Source of the DNA: a virus
Virus record (IMG/VR): IMGVR_UViG_3300007516_000002
Length of the DNA stretch: 57,400 bases
Reading direction: 5' to 3' (one strand)
Shown here: positions 24,069 to 34,163 of the stretch, piece after piece
Layout of the letters: the number at the start of each line of letters is the position of its first letter
Numbering within the stretch: the first letter of the stretch is position 1
Notes under the pieces: model-generated
Databases searched by the model: none
What the model saw: the letters and a program-made list of their open reading frames with translations, nothing else
What the model was told of the DNA's origin: nothing
Program-made: the position numbers and the translations under genes

Positions 24069-26924
24069 ATGACATTGGCTGCACTTGGGATTGAAGCATC
24101 CACAAAAGGCGTTGCTACCGCAATAGATCAACTGACTGAACTGACCACTGCCGCAGCCAAGGCAGAGGCTGCGGCAGAGCGGTTATCCCCGACAACACGT
24201 AAAGCTGGCGAAGCTGCCGAAGATTTGGCTGACGCTGCGGAAGAAGCGGCTGACGCCACAAGGGGCCTAGGCGAAGAGACGCGCACCACAGAGGGCGCGT
24301 TGGCGCGGCTTGCAGCCCGCGTTGGAACCGCCGTAGGCGCGCTCGCAGCTATGGCGGGGGTCGCACTGTCTGTTCAAGGCTACATTAGAATGGCAGACTC
24401 TTGGTCTGACATGCGTAGCCAAATAGGGGCAGCCACGGGCGACATGGAAAACGCCGGCGTTATGATGCAGCGCATGACTGATATCGCCAATGCTTCCTAC
24501 GCGCCATTGAACCAGACGGTGCAGACATACGCTAGGAACGTTTCGGTTTTGCGCGACCTTGGAATCAGCGCGTCTGGGGCGGCTGATTTTACCGAATCGT
24601 TAAACCACATGCTCGTAATTACGGCCACCAAAGGTGAGCGTGCAGCGTCGGTTCAAAACGCGCTCACGAAGGCTATGGCAGTTGGGAGACTGCAGGCAGA
24701 AGGCTTGGAGACTGTTCTTGCGCACGGAGGACGTGTCGCGGAAGCTTTGGCTGATGAACTTGGCACCACCGTTTCTGGTCTCCGTGCATTTGCCTCCGAA
24801 GGTAAGATCACAGGTAGGGTGATAGCTGATAGCTTGATCAAGCCGCTTCAAGAAGTGCGCGATGTTGCCGCCGAAATGCCCGCCACTATGGGGGACGCAT
24901 TCGTAAGAATCGGTACCGGGGTTACAGCTCTCGTAGGATCTTTTGATCAGGCTTTCAACATCTCTGGGCGGTTGGCGCTTTCGTTGGTCTCTGTCGGGGA
25001 TGCCCTCCGTGACATGGCACAAACCGACTTTGCTTCTTGGGCCAATTCACTAACAGACGCCCTGATTGGTCTTTCTCAGATAGTTGTAATCTTGGCCGCT
25101 ACGCAAATTCCAAGGCTTGTAATGTCGATTAATGCTGCGGCCATCGGGAGTGCGCTAGGCACCGCTGCGGCTTGGCTTTACATCGCCGCTCTTCGTGCTT
25201 TGGCGCTTGCTTCGCGCTCTGTTATTCTCCTAGGCGGACCTTTGGGTATTGCTGCTGGTGTATTGGCAGCGTTAAGCTTTACGTACATAAACAACAAGCG
25301 CAACTTGGACGAGCTCCGCGTTTCGACGGGCTTGATGACAGAAGCTCAGGAAGAACTGGAAGAAGTCACAACGCGCTTTTACAATAAAATGACGCAGGCC
25401 AATTTAGATGCGATGCGAATAGCGGCTGAAAATAATTTGCAGGCAGTGAAGGATTCGCTGGAAGCTGCCAAGCAAGTCGCTGATTCTTATATAATTCCCA
25501 GCTTCATTCCTGGTGTAACCGGCCCATCGGACGCAGAGATGCTTGCAACAAAGGCTGCGCAACGCGCGGAAGTTGAAAAGCTGGTTGCAAAACTTATCGA
25601 GGCCGAATCCCGCATGAGTGCGGTGGATCATGCAGCGTCCAACTTTGCTTTACGCATAAAGGAAGGTGCGGCAGGCGTAACTGCTTTGAATGATGAGCAA
25701 CAAAAAGCTCTTTTGACCGCCAACGATCTTGCGGCTTCTTATGAGCGTCGTGCCGAGTTGGCGCGCGTAGAGTTTCAGCACGGCAAGGACAGCGCGCAAT
25801 TCTTGGAGACGCAACTCAACCAGGAACGTCAGATCACCTTCGCTAAAATTAACGCACTTGATGTCAGCAACCAGCAAAAGGAAGCTGCTCGCCAATCGTA
25901 CGACCTTATGGTTATTCTTGAGTCCAAGACCAGCGGTTGGAACGTAGAACTGGGCAACGTAAACGGAAGCCTTTCTGCGGCGTACCAAGCGTTGATAAAA
26001 ATACGGGACACGCAACCGGGCGACGGCTGGCTATCTACCGCTATAAGCAAAGCTGCCGGACTAGCCTTGACGCTTTGGGACGCCGTGGCTGCGCAGGGTG
26101 CGCTGTCGAGGTTGTCTGTGTCAGGCAACGGCGCGCCAAAGGTTTATGGTGAAGTTGGGGCGCGCGGCGATCCAAGATTGGCAGTCGCTGGTTCAAGCAA
26201 CACTTTCGACAGGCCGAACTTTGCAATCCCCGACGCTGGCGGCGGTGACGGCGGTGGCGGCGATTCGGATGGGGCGCTTCAAGCTCTGATAACGGAGATA
26301 TCCACAGAGCGGGAATTGCTGACTGTTTGGTACGAAGAAAAACTCGCTCTGGTGCAGTCGTTTACTGACCTTGAGCTTGAAGCGGTTGGTGGACGCCACG
26401 GAGCTCTTGAGCGGATCGAGGCTGAGCACCAAGAACGTCTGCACGCGCTTGGTGCGAATGCGCAAGAACAGCGCCTGCAGGACGCGGCAGGCTTCTTCAG
26501 CGGCATGGCTGAACTTGCGCGGTCAGGCGGAGAGCGGTCTCTGAAATTGGCACAGGGATTTGCTGCTGCGCAGGGCGTAATCAACAGCTACCTAGCGTTT
26601 ACTGAAGTCCTAAAAGACCCATCGTTTGTTGGTAGGCCCTTGGCGCGAATTGGCGCAGCTGCTGCTGCTTTGGCACAGGGGTTGGCTGCTGTACGTTCTA
26701 TAAAAAGTGCATCGGTTGGAGGAGGAACTAGCGGAAGCGTCGGAGGGGCGGGCGGCAGCGGAACTGGAGGTTCTCAATCCGGTACACCAGAAGCTCCGCT
26801 ACGCGTAACACTCGACACAATCGATCCAGCATCAATGTTCAGCGGTGCGGCCATTATTGCCATGTTTGAATCTATACAAAAGGAAGCTGGCAACCGAGGC
26901 ATAATTTGGGTTCCTGCGGGGTGA
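24069..26924 (+). CDS. Tape measure protein (951 aa)
   Basis: Length, Ala/Leu/Glu-rich helical composition, hydrophobic central segments, a Gly-rich C-terminus, and position. Confidence 0.85.
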   Translation: MTLAALGIEASTKGVATAIDQLTELTTAAAKAEAAAERLSPTTRKAGEAAEDLADAAEEAADATRGLGEETRTTEGALARLAARVGTAVGALAAMAGVALSVQGYIRMADSWSDMRSQIGAATGDMENAGVMMQRMTDIANASYAPLNQTVQTYARNVSVLRDLGISASGAADFTESLNHMLVITATKGERAASVQNALTKAMAVGRLQAEGLETVLAHGGRVAEALADELGTTVSGLRAFASEGKITGRVIADSLIKPLQEVRDVAAEMPATMGDAFVRIGTGVTALVGSFDQAFNISGRLALSLVSVGDALRDMAQTDFASWANSLTDALIGLSQIVVILAATQIPRLVMSINAAAIGSALGTAAAWLYIAALRALALASRSVILLGGPLGIAAGVLAALSFTYINNKRNLDELRVSTGLMTEAQEELEEVTTRFYNKMTQANLDAMRIAAENNLQAVKDSLEAAKQVADSYIIPSFIPGVTGPSDAEMLATKAAQRAEVEKLVAKLIEAESRMSAVDHAASNFALRIKEGAAGVTALNDEQQKALLTANDLAASYERRAELARVEFQHGKDSAQFLETQLNQERQITFAKINALDVSNQQKEAARQSYDLMVILESKTSGWNVELGNVNGSLSAAYQALIKIRDTQPGDGWLSTAISKAAGLALTLWDAVAAQGALSRLSVSGNGAPKVYGEVGARGDPRLAVAGSSNTFDRPNFAIPDAGGGDGGGGDSDGALQALITEISTERELLTVWYEEKLALVQSFTDLELEAVGGRHGALERIEAEHQERLHALGANAQEQRLQDAAGFFSGMAELARSGGERSLKLAQGFAAAQGVINSYLAFTEVLKDPSFVGRPLARIGAAAAALAQGLAAVRSIKSASVGGGTSGSVGGAGGSGTGGSQSGTPEAPLRVTLDTIDPASMFSGAAIIAMFESIQKEAGNRGIIWVPAG

Positions 26925-26928
26925 CGCG

Positions 26929-27711
26929 ATGATACATAAGGAAAACTCCGCAACATCGCTTAACGAGGCAATGGTTCTTTACCGTAACGTGCTGGCGGAA
27001 GGTACTTTGGCTTGGTCGAGTCAAACAGTTGACGGTGCGGCAGCCAACGCTTTAGGTCCGCAGACATACGACTTCTGGACACCCGCATCACTTCCCGCGA
27101 CACTTTCTACGACCCTCGCATCGCCCACTGTGTGTGACGCTTGCGCAATCATTGGGCATACGTTGGGAAGCAAGGGCGCAACTGTGCTGGTTGAATGGTG
27201 GAACGGATCGGTATGGGTTATCGCGCAGACTTTGATTCCTGCCGATGATCGCGACTTGCTGCTGATCTTTGGTGAACAAACGTCAGCACAGTGGCGCATC
27301 AGAATCACTGGCACTCTGGTGCCAAGCATTGCGGTTGTTATGATAGGGTCGCGTTTGCTAATCCCCGGCGGCGTTCAGGCCGACTATGTGCCAATTAATT
27401 TGTCGCTTGACATTGAGTTGGCCCCCTCGATAACCGTTCGCGGGCAGTATGTTGGCACCTTCCTCAAACGCTCAGGCGCATCGACCGGCCTTGCGTTGGC
27501 GCTACAGGAGCGACTTTGGATCGAGACTGAGGCTTCTCCGTTCATCGCCCATTACAACGCTGGGCAACCGTTCATCTGGGCATCATGCCCAGACCTACTG
27601 CCCGAGGACATGGCTTATTGCTGGCGCGCGGGCAACACTTTGCGCGCGGAATACGGAGCGGGAGCAGTGTACGGAAGCTTAGCACTAGAGGTGCAGGCAT
27701 ATGTCGGCTAG
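26929..27711 (+). CDS. Distal tail / tail tip protein
   Basis: First ORF after the tape measure. Confidence 0.5.
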   Translation: MIHKENSATSLNEAMVLYRNVLAEGTLAWSSQTVDGAAANALGPQTYDFWTPASLPATLSTTLASPTVCDACAIIGHTLGSKGATVLVEWWNGSVWVIAQTLIPADDRDLLLIFGEQTSAQWRIRITGTLVPSIAVVMIGSRLLIPGGVQADYVPINLSLDIELAPSITVRGQYVGTFLKRSGASTGLALALQERLWIETEASPFIAHYNAGQPFIWASCPDLLPEDMAYCWRAGNTLRAEYGAGAVYGSLALEVQAYVG

Positions 27712-29476
27712 GGAAGCATTCTCTTGGATCGAGATTGATGTGGACGGCTGCTCGCGCGTATTCGGCGTGGCCGGATGCACAGCGGCGCTGGGCGTAGACG
27801 GAGTTACGAGAAAGTGTTTCAATACGTTTAACACCTGCCGCAAAACTGCCGTCTACAATCACTTGCCTATTTTCCGGACGCTACGCTACTGCCAGCCGCG
27901 CAGCAGTATTCCGAAGGGCGCGACGTTCTTTCCTGTTTTGATTGGGGAGCCATCCGAGTTTTCCGCCACAGTCAACATTGCAGGATCAGATGGAGACCTA
28001 TCCGCGTTTGGGCGGCGTGCCACTATAAGTGCACGCTTTATGGATTTTCCCGACCATGACAGATACACTGATCCATACCAACAAGAGAGATTAAGCGGGG
28101 ACGCGCAGGCGGACGGCGTTGGCTACCCGCCCTTCGAAAGAGGAACGCACTTCGCCAAACTTAAATCGCGGTGGCCGTTTTATGCGGGCCGCGCCATGCG
28201 CAGGCATGATGGCTTTATTGAAAACGGTGCAATCGTTGACGTGACCATCCGGCACTATGTCCTTACAAATATGAGTGGTCCAGGTGACAACGCACACGTA
28301 ACAGTCGAGGGCAGCGACGTGTTGGATTTTGCCGACGACAAACGAACACGCGTACCGTCCGCATCCCGAGGGCAGCTGCTTGAAGACATTGGCCTTGGAC
28401 CTTCGTCGTTTACCTTGACACCAGCAGGGATTGGTAACATAGACTACCCAGTCGCCGGACGTGCGAGAATTGGGTCGGAATTTGCCGACTACACTAGAAC
28501 TGCCGACGAAATTACGCTGACGAGTCGAGGTGTTTCGCAAACAGTCGAAGCAACTCATAGGGCAAAAGACACGTTTCAAATCGTATTGTCTTACGACGGC
28601 GCGCGAATTGACGATGTGGTGTCCGAGTTGCTTCTGGAGGCGGGCGTCCCGGCAGCGTTTCTTCCTCTCGCTGATTGGGCGGCAGAGATAAACCGATGGA
28701 TGTCAGGTACGCAAGTGACTCGCGACATTGGTGAACCAACTGGCGTCAAGGCACTAATATCATCACTTGTCCCGCTCGGATTCTCGTTGTGGTGGGACGC
28801 GGCGGTCCAGAAGATCAAGCTGAAAGCCAACCGCCCGGTTGACGGGGACATGATATGGGACTTGTCAGACTTCTCTACAAATCTTGATATTGAAATCGCT
28901 GAGGACGATAAAAAGCGCGTGGCAGAGGTACTGTTCTGGACTGTCCAGAAAACACCCGCTGGGTCAGCCACAGACACCAACAACTACGACCGCACTTGGG
29001 TAGCTTCAGACCCATCCGCACGCGAGGAATGGCGGTATCGAACAGGTCAAGTTAAATCGTACGTATGTCCTTGGCTTAATGGCGGCTCTGACGCAGTCGT
29101 GAGGGTTGCCGCCCGGAGGTTGTTGAAGCGGTTTGATACGTCTCCTATGTACGCAAAAATAACACTAGATGCGATGTGGTCAGCAATACAACTGACCGAC
29201 GTCGTTAGGCTTCGCACCAGCGGATTGCAGGATGACACAGGCGCTGAACGAACTGCGCTATTTCAGGTGATACAAAGATCAGAGCCAAGCGCGGGGCAGC
29301 TGATACAAATCGTAGTTCAATCTTACCAGTTTGCTGGGAGATTTGCGTTTGCTACGCCCAACGATTCGCCGGATTATGATGCCGCGACCAGTGCGCAGCG
29401 CGACCCCGGAATGTTCGCCTGTGACCCAATAACGCTTCTAATGCCAAACGGTAACCCCCCATACGAGGCCATATAA
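27701..29476 (+). CDS. Tail tip/hub protein (591 aa) with N-terminal Cys motif C..CFNTFNTC
   Basis: Position and size. Overlaps the previous gene. Confidence 0.5.
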   Translation: MSAREAFSWIEIDVDGCSRVFGVAGCTAALGVDGVTRKCFNTFNTCRKTAVYNHLPIFRTLRYCQPRSSIPKGATFFPVLIGEPSEFSATVNIAGSDGDLSAFGRRATISARFMDFPDHDRYTDPYQQERLSGDAQADGVGYPPFERGTHFAKLKSRWPFYAGRAMRRHDGFIENGAIVDVTIRHYVLTNMSGPGDNAHVTVEGSDVLDFADDKRTRVPSASRGQLLEDIGLGPSSFTLTPAGIGNIDYPVAGRARIGSEFADYTRTADEITLTSRGVSQTVEATHRAKDTFQIVLSYDGARIDDVVSELLLEAGVPAAFLPLADWAAEINRWMSGTQVTRDIGEPTGVKALISSLVPLGFSLWWDAAVQKIKLKANRPVDGDMIWDLSDFSTNLDIEIAEDDKKRVAEVLFWTVQKTPAGSATDTNNYDRTWVASDPSAREEWRYRTGQVKSYVCPWLNGGSDAVVRVAARRLLKRFDTSPMYAKITLDAMWSAIQLTDVVRLRTSGLQDDTGAERTALFQVIQRSEPSAGQLIQIVVQSYQFAGRFAFATPNDSPDYDAATSAQRDPGMFACDPITLLMPNGNPPYEAI

Positions 29477-30012
29477 TGCCCTTTTCGATTACCGACTGGA
29501 ACGACTGGACACCTACGGAATACGAAGTTGGTGCGCCTGCAACATCACTTCATTTTGAACGGTGGTTCAGAAATGCAGTGGCTCTGGCGCAGGGATCAGC
29601 CGGTGCGCCAAGGATTGTCGGCGCTGCACTTGATACGCATATTGGGGGGTTTTTGCTTGTATCAGCAACACCGCTCACTCTGACAGATCTTGACCGGCAT
29701 AAAACAATCGTGATGGATGCTATGCATACGGGCATCGGTTCGAGTGCATTACTTTATGTGGAATACTCAAATAATAACGGGAGTTCATTTGCTACTTCGC
29801 AATATCTTGGGTCCTACCCTTTTCTAAGCTATACAAAATTAAGGTTTGATTTGGTTACAGGATTATTCAAGGCTTTCAGAGCCCGAACGGCAACAGTTGA
29901 TGGCGGAGTTGAGTCGTTGACGCTCACAGTCCCGGCAAATGTCAACGCCATGCGAATTTCAACGAGCCAGAACGTAGAGCTAGACATTTACTGTTTCGGC
30001 GGCGTTCCGTGA
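29476..30012 (+). CDS. Tail-associated hypothetical protein (178 aa) containing a low-GC patch (about 29740-29880)
   Basis: ATGA-type coupling; position. Confidence 0.45.
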   Translation: MPFSITDWNDWTPTEYEVGAPATSLHFERWFRNAVALAQGSAGAPRIVGAALDTHIGGFLLVSATPLTLTDLDRHKTIVMDAMHTGIGSSALLYVEYSNNNGSSFATSQYLGSYPFLSYTKLRFDLVTGLFKAFRARTATVDGGVESLTLTVPANVNAMRISTSQNVELDIYCFGGVP

Positions 30013-30326
30013 TCTATAACGCAAAAACAAGGGTGCTGTATTTAGACGGTGTTGCCGGAAAGAACGACCCGGCGCGCGTTTTAAATCACAGGCGCACGCA
30101 TATGGTGGTCAGTCGGCGTCAGGCGCGGCTTGCCTTGGGTGAAGAAAGGTCCGCCTTGCTAGACGCGGCTTCCGACGACATTGCCCTGCCTTGGCCGATG
30201 CGCGATGCGATCAAGTCAAGCCACGAATGGCACAGGACAGCGCCAGAAGTTGACGAGCTTGCGTGGTTGCTTGGGTTAAGCAGTGACGATATTGACCAGC
30301 TTTTTACAGCGGCGATGTTGCTTTAG
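30009..30326 (+). CDS. Hypothetical protein (105 aa)
   Basis: Overlapping start; position in the tail block. Confidence 0.45.
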   Translation: MIYNAKTRVLYLDGVAGKNDPARVLNHRRTHMVVSRRQARLALGEERSALLDAASDDIALPWPMRDAIKSSHEWHRTAPEVDELAWLLGLSSDDIDQLFTAAMLL

Positions 30327-30343
30327 GAATAGGGAAGCAGAGA

Positions 30344-33241
30344 ATGACGCTTACAACATCAATCATAACCGGTCGCGTCCCGCTCCCGAGCGATGACCAT
30401 ATTGTTTACGCGGAGTTGACGTTCACGCTGTCAGGTTTCGACACGCAGGGCATCAACGTGCTGTTACCCGGCGTCGCAAAACGCGCTATTCTGGTCGAAA
30501 GCGTAATGCCTTCCGGGTTTGATCTCTGGCGCAACACTGAAGGTGAGCGTGGCACTTACTACGAAGTAATGGCGCGTTGGACCGTAAAGGACCGCGACGG
30601 CACGCGCGATCTTTTCGCCAAGCTGCCAGATATTCAGATTGGAGCGTCGGCGACATACGAACTGACAGCTTTGTTCAACGCGTCCCCATTCCCTCTTCCA
30701 ACAAACACGTTCTGGATGAGCATAACTCCGGCTGAGTACAACGCTGCCATCGAAGCAGTCGCTGCCGCAGCGGCATCAGCAGCTGCGGCAGCTGCATCAG
30801 AGGGCAGCATCGTGGAGCGGATACCAAAGCTGGTATCCTTCCGGGGCGACGGAATCATCAACACTATAGTGTTTTCCGGCGTCTACACAAACCGCAAGGC
30901 GTTCATGGTGTTCATCGGGAGCGTGTTTCAAACCAGCATTGCGCCGGTCGGTGAGCCAGAGCGTTTTGCGGTTACAAACGATGGCGTCAACACAACGCTG
31001 ACCTTTGACGAACCTTTCCCGGACGGTGTGATGGTCCATGGTCAAGCGCAGACGCAGATTTCGATTCCAATAGCTGACCCGTCTCTTATCACCATGCCAG
31101 ATGGGTCTGACGCGCTGGATCTGTGGGGGCAATCCAAGGTTTTCGCCAGCCGTGCCGCTGCGGTGGCGTGGCGCGCGGCTAACACGCCCCCTGCGAACAT
31201 GCAGGCCAGTTTCGACGGCGTGGATGTGCGCTATAACGGCGGCGATGCTGCGGCTTCCTTGCCCGCACTTCTGGGCTTTCGTCCAAAGAACGACGTTCTG
31301 AATCTGCTGCAAGCGGGCAGCGCGTCCGATCTTGCCGCCGATTTCGCGGGCATCTTCGCCGAGGCTATTGCCGACGCAGCGGCCCGGAACTGGAAGCTGC
31401 TTGTTCCGCAAGGGAATTGGCTCACCAATCCAATTAGTTACGACTTCCCGGCAGCGGGCAAATTGGACATGGAATTTGCGCAGGGGGCGAAACTGATCGG
31501 CCCCGCACACTTCCAGCATTTTGCAGGCAATGGGGTGCTGACCGCCTTTACCCTGACCACATGGGCGACGGCTTCGACCGATGAGCTTACGGGGATGAAG
31601 GTTTCTGCGTCCAACGTCGAAACGGTCCTTACCCTTGGCGATGCGGTGAATGGTTTCACGCGTGTCGGCGCGGTGGTAACGGTGGGTAGCAGTGTCACGA
31701 TTGCGACGGGTGAGACGCTTGTAATTTCCTCCATCAATGCAATTCTGAAAATAACCGGCGAGAATGGCGACGTGGGGCTGCGCTTTCGTGGCGGGCATTT
31801 TGACAATGGCCTCATGGGCTATGTCGGGCAGCAAGCATCCGGTACTTGCGTGAGCCTCACCACTATCAGACGCCTCGAATGGGATGGTGCACCAACTTTT
31901 GAAAATAGCACCGGAAAGAGTTGGGCTGACCCACCATTAGAGCGACGTGGAGACAGCGGCTTGGTATTGGCTAACGTCGAGCGGGCGAACGTCTACAGCC
32001 CGCTGTTTCTTCACCAGCCCGACCTGGGGAACTATACAACCGGGCTTGCGCGCGGGTCGCCCCCCGAAACCTATTACATTGACGACGGACGGTTCATAAA
32101 CTTTTTTGGGGCGCACTCGTTTAATTGCAACACAGCAATGCGAACTTCCCGCAATGGCGGCGGCTACGGAATGTATGGGGCTTCCGCCGATCAATGCAGT
32201 ACCGGCTTTCTGGCGGACAATGTTTCATCAGATGGCCTTGGCCCGGCGCGAAACATCATTATCCAAGGATTTACAGGGCGCAAGCTGGGCCGTGAAATGC
32301 TGGATATTCGTGAAGTAGACTCTTGCGTTATAAATGGGCTTTGCGTCGAGGATTGGGGCCGCAATCCTGACGGAACAGAAGTAGCCACTGGCATTAACGG
32401 TTTGTTCGCGTTCCGACAAGTAAAGCATTTGGACGCAACAGGCATCGTCATTCGGTATGAAGAATGGTCGCCAGTGGCTTCGCCGCATCCCATTATTGTG
32501 TTTTCCAATGGACGGACGATTGTTGATAGGTTCAACGCTCGCATTGAGGTTCCTCATTCGGCGGTTGGAAACGGGTCTGTAGGAGTGAACGTAACTGGCG
32601 CTCTTGGATCGACCAGTCTAGTGAATATGGAGTTGACCACGATCAACATCGACACGCCGATTACACTCCCCGCCGACACCGTGGCGGAAGTCATGTCGGC
32701 CCGCGTGACCAAGATCGTTAAAAATGGCGACACCATGGTTTCCACGGAAAAGTGGCGGCAGGCTAAAGGTCGCGTCATTCCGATGACAACGGATGTGCCA
32801 GATGAAAGCACCGGCACCTTTGTTCCGACGCTGGTATTTCAGACGCCAAACGGCGCGACGGTCACGGCGGGAACAGGGAACTTCGGCAAATTCATGCGGC
32901 GCGGCAATTTTATTACAGTCAGCCTTAGCCTGCGGGTTAATGTGGTCTGGGGTGGCAGCGCACCATCCGGCACCGCGCGGATTTCATGGACTGCGGGCAC
33001 TGCACCAGATTTTGGCGAACCGTTCGGCAGGCATATAAGCTTTTGGAACGACACAAATCCTACCATTGCAGCGACGATAGACCTCAGCGCGTTCAGAAGC
33101 GGGGTCAACCTTTTGACGCTGACAAAACTGAATGAGGATAGGACGCGAACGACCTTCGACGCGGCTTCATTCTACGACACCACAAACACGTACTTCCGGG
33201 TCGATATGACCTTTAGCTATGCTCTTGATGGAGTGATGTGA
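30344..33241 (+). CDS. Large tail fibre / tailspike-like protein (965 aa)
   Basis: Size and position. It has a poly-Ala hinge (AVAAAAASAAAAAAS) and repetitive beta-rich sequence. Confidence 0.6.
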   Translation: MTLTTSIITGRVPLPSDDHIVYAELTFTLSGFDTQGINVLLPGVAKRAILVESVMPSGFDLWRNTEGERGTYYEVMARWTVKDRDGTRDLFAKLPDIQIGASATYELTALFNASPFPLPTNTFWMSITPAEYNAAIEAVAAAAASAAAAAASEGSIVERIPKLVSFRGDGIINTIVFSGVYTNRKAFMVFIGSVFQTSIAPVGEPERFAVTNDGVNTTLTFDEPFPDGVMVHGQAQTQISIPIADPSLITMPDGSDALDLWGQSKVFASRAAAVAWRAANTPPANMQASFDGVDVRYNGGDAAASLPALLGFRPKNDVLNLLQAGSASDLAADFAGIFAEAIADAAARNWKLLVPQGNWLTNPISYDFPAAGKLDMEFAQGAKLIGPAHFQHFAGNGVLTAFTLTTWATASTDELTGMKVSASNVETVLTLGDAVNGFTRVGAVVTVGSSVTIATGETLVISSINAILKITGENGDVGLRFRGGHFDNGLMGYVGQQASGTCVSLTTIRRLEWDGAPTFENSTGKSWADPPLERRGDSGLVLANVERANVYSPLFLHQPDLGNYTTGLARGSPPETYYIDDGRFINFFGAHSFNCNTAMRTSRNGGGYGMYGASADQCSTGFLADNVSSDGLGPARNIIIQGFTGRKLGREMLDIREVDSCVINGLCVEDWGRNPDGTEVATGINGLFAFRQVKHLDATGIVIRYEEWSPVASPHPIIVFSNGRTIVDRFNARIEVPHSAVGNGSVGVNVTGALGSTSLVNMELTTINIDTPITLPADTVAEVMSARVTKIVKNGDTMVSTEKWRQAKGRVIPMTTDVPDESTGTFVPTLVFQTPNGATVTAGTGNFGKFMRRGNFITVSLSLRVNVVWGGSAPSGTARISWTAGTAPDFGEPFGRHISFWNDTNPTIAATIDLSAFRSGVNLLTLTKLNEDRTRTTFDAASFYDTTNTYFRVDMTFSYALDGVM

Positions 33242-33242
33242 T

Positions 33243-34163
33243 ATGACACTTGACCTTATCCCGAGTGCATTCATAGCCGAAAATGCGCTCTTTGCCAGCG
33301 AAGCCGCTGTGATCGCGGCCAATCCTGTTGCTCCCGGATCAAACATGATTACCGTCTTAAGGGCTGGCAGATATGTTCTTTACCGCCGTTTGGCGGGAGC
33401 GACTGATCTGATCGGAGGCGATCTGTCAACGTGGCAGATCGCCGATATTACGATCGACGACATGACCGCACTGGCGGGTGACTTGGTTGCGCTGGCCGGT
33501 TCTGTCGTGCAACAGTCCGGTTCATGGACGCCGGGGCTTGTCTGGTCGGGCGGTAGCGGTTCATTCACCTACGGCACCCGCGAAGGGCTTTGGCAGCGTG
33601 TGGGCGCTTTTATGGAATTGCGGGCCAACCTGACCGTCACGATAGGATCAGGCGGGCTGGGCAACTTGCAACTGAACGGCCTTCCTCTGGCTACGCGGGC
33701 GGGCGACTTCAAAAACACCCTAGAGGTAGATTTCGACACGACGGGTTTTCAGGCACCATACGGCGGCGGCAACTGGAAGGTGCGACTTGCGGGCGGGCAA
33801 ACTTCAGGGCCGTTCACGTTCGACGCTGGGACAAACTTTGCTTCGTATTTTGTGGAAGGTCTTACTGCTGTACCGATTCCAAACGGTTCGATCGTGGAGC
33901 TGGGCGCGACGACACAGACGGCGCAGATCGTTGGCTTTTACGGCATTCCAGGATTCCCGACAAAAGGCATGGTGTCCCTGTCCAACCGCTACGCAGAAGT
34001 CACAGAGGGCATGACGCTCAACGGAGTGGGTTGGTCTGGTGTAGCGACCTTGTTGACGAACACATGGTTCGGCGCGGGGGCTGGCACCAGTTTCTTGGCC
34101 ACCGCGCAGGTCAAGCGGGATACTGAACTGACTCTTGAAATCAGCGGGCGAGTGCTGATATGA
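33243..34163 (+). CDS. Tail fibre-associated protein (306 aa)
   Basis: Starts 1 nt after the previous stop. Gly/Thr-rich. Confidence 0.45.
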   Translation: MTLDLIPSAFIAENALFASEAAVIAANPVAPGSNMITVLRAGRYVLYRRLAGATDLIGGDLSTWQIADITIDDMTALAGDLVALAGSVVQQSGSWTPGLVWSGGSGSFTYGTREGLWQRVGAFMELRANLTVTIGSGGLGNLQLNGLPLATRAGDFKNTLEVDFDTTGFQAPYGGGNWKVRLAGGQTSGPFTFDAGTNFASYFVEGLTAVPIPNGSIVELGATTQTAQIVGFYGIPGFPTKGMVSLSNRYAEVTEGMTLNGVGWSGVATLLTNTWFGAGAGTSFLATAQVKRDTELTLEISGRVLI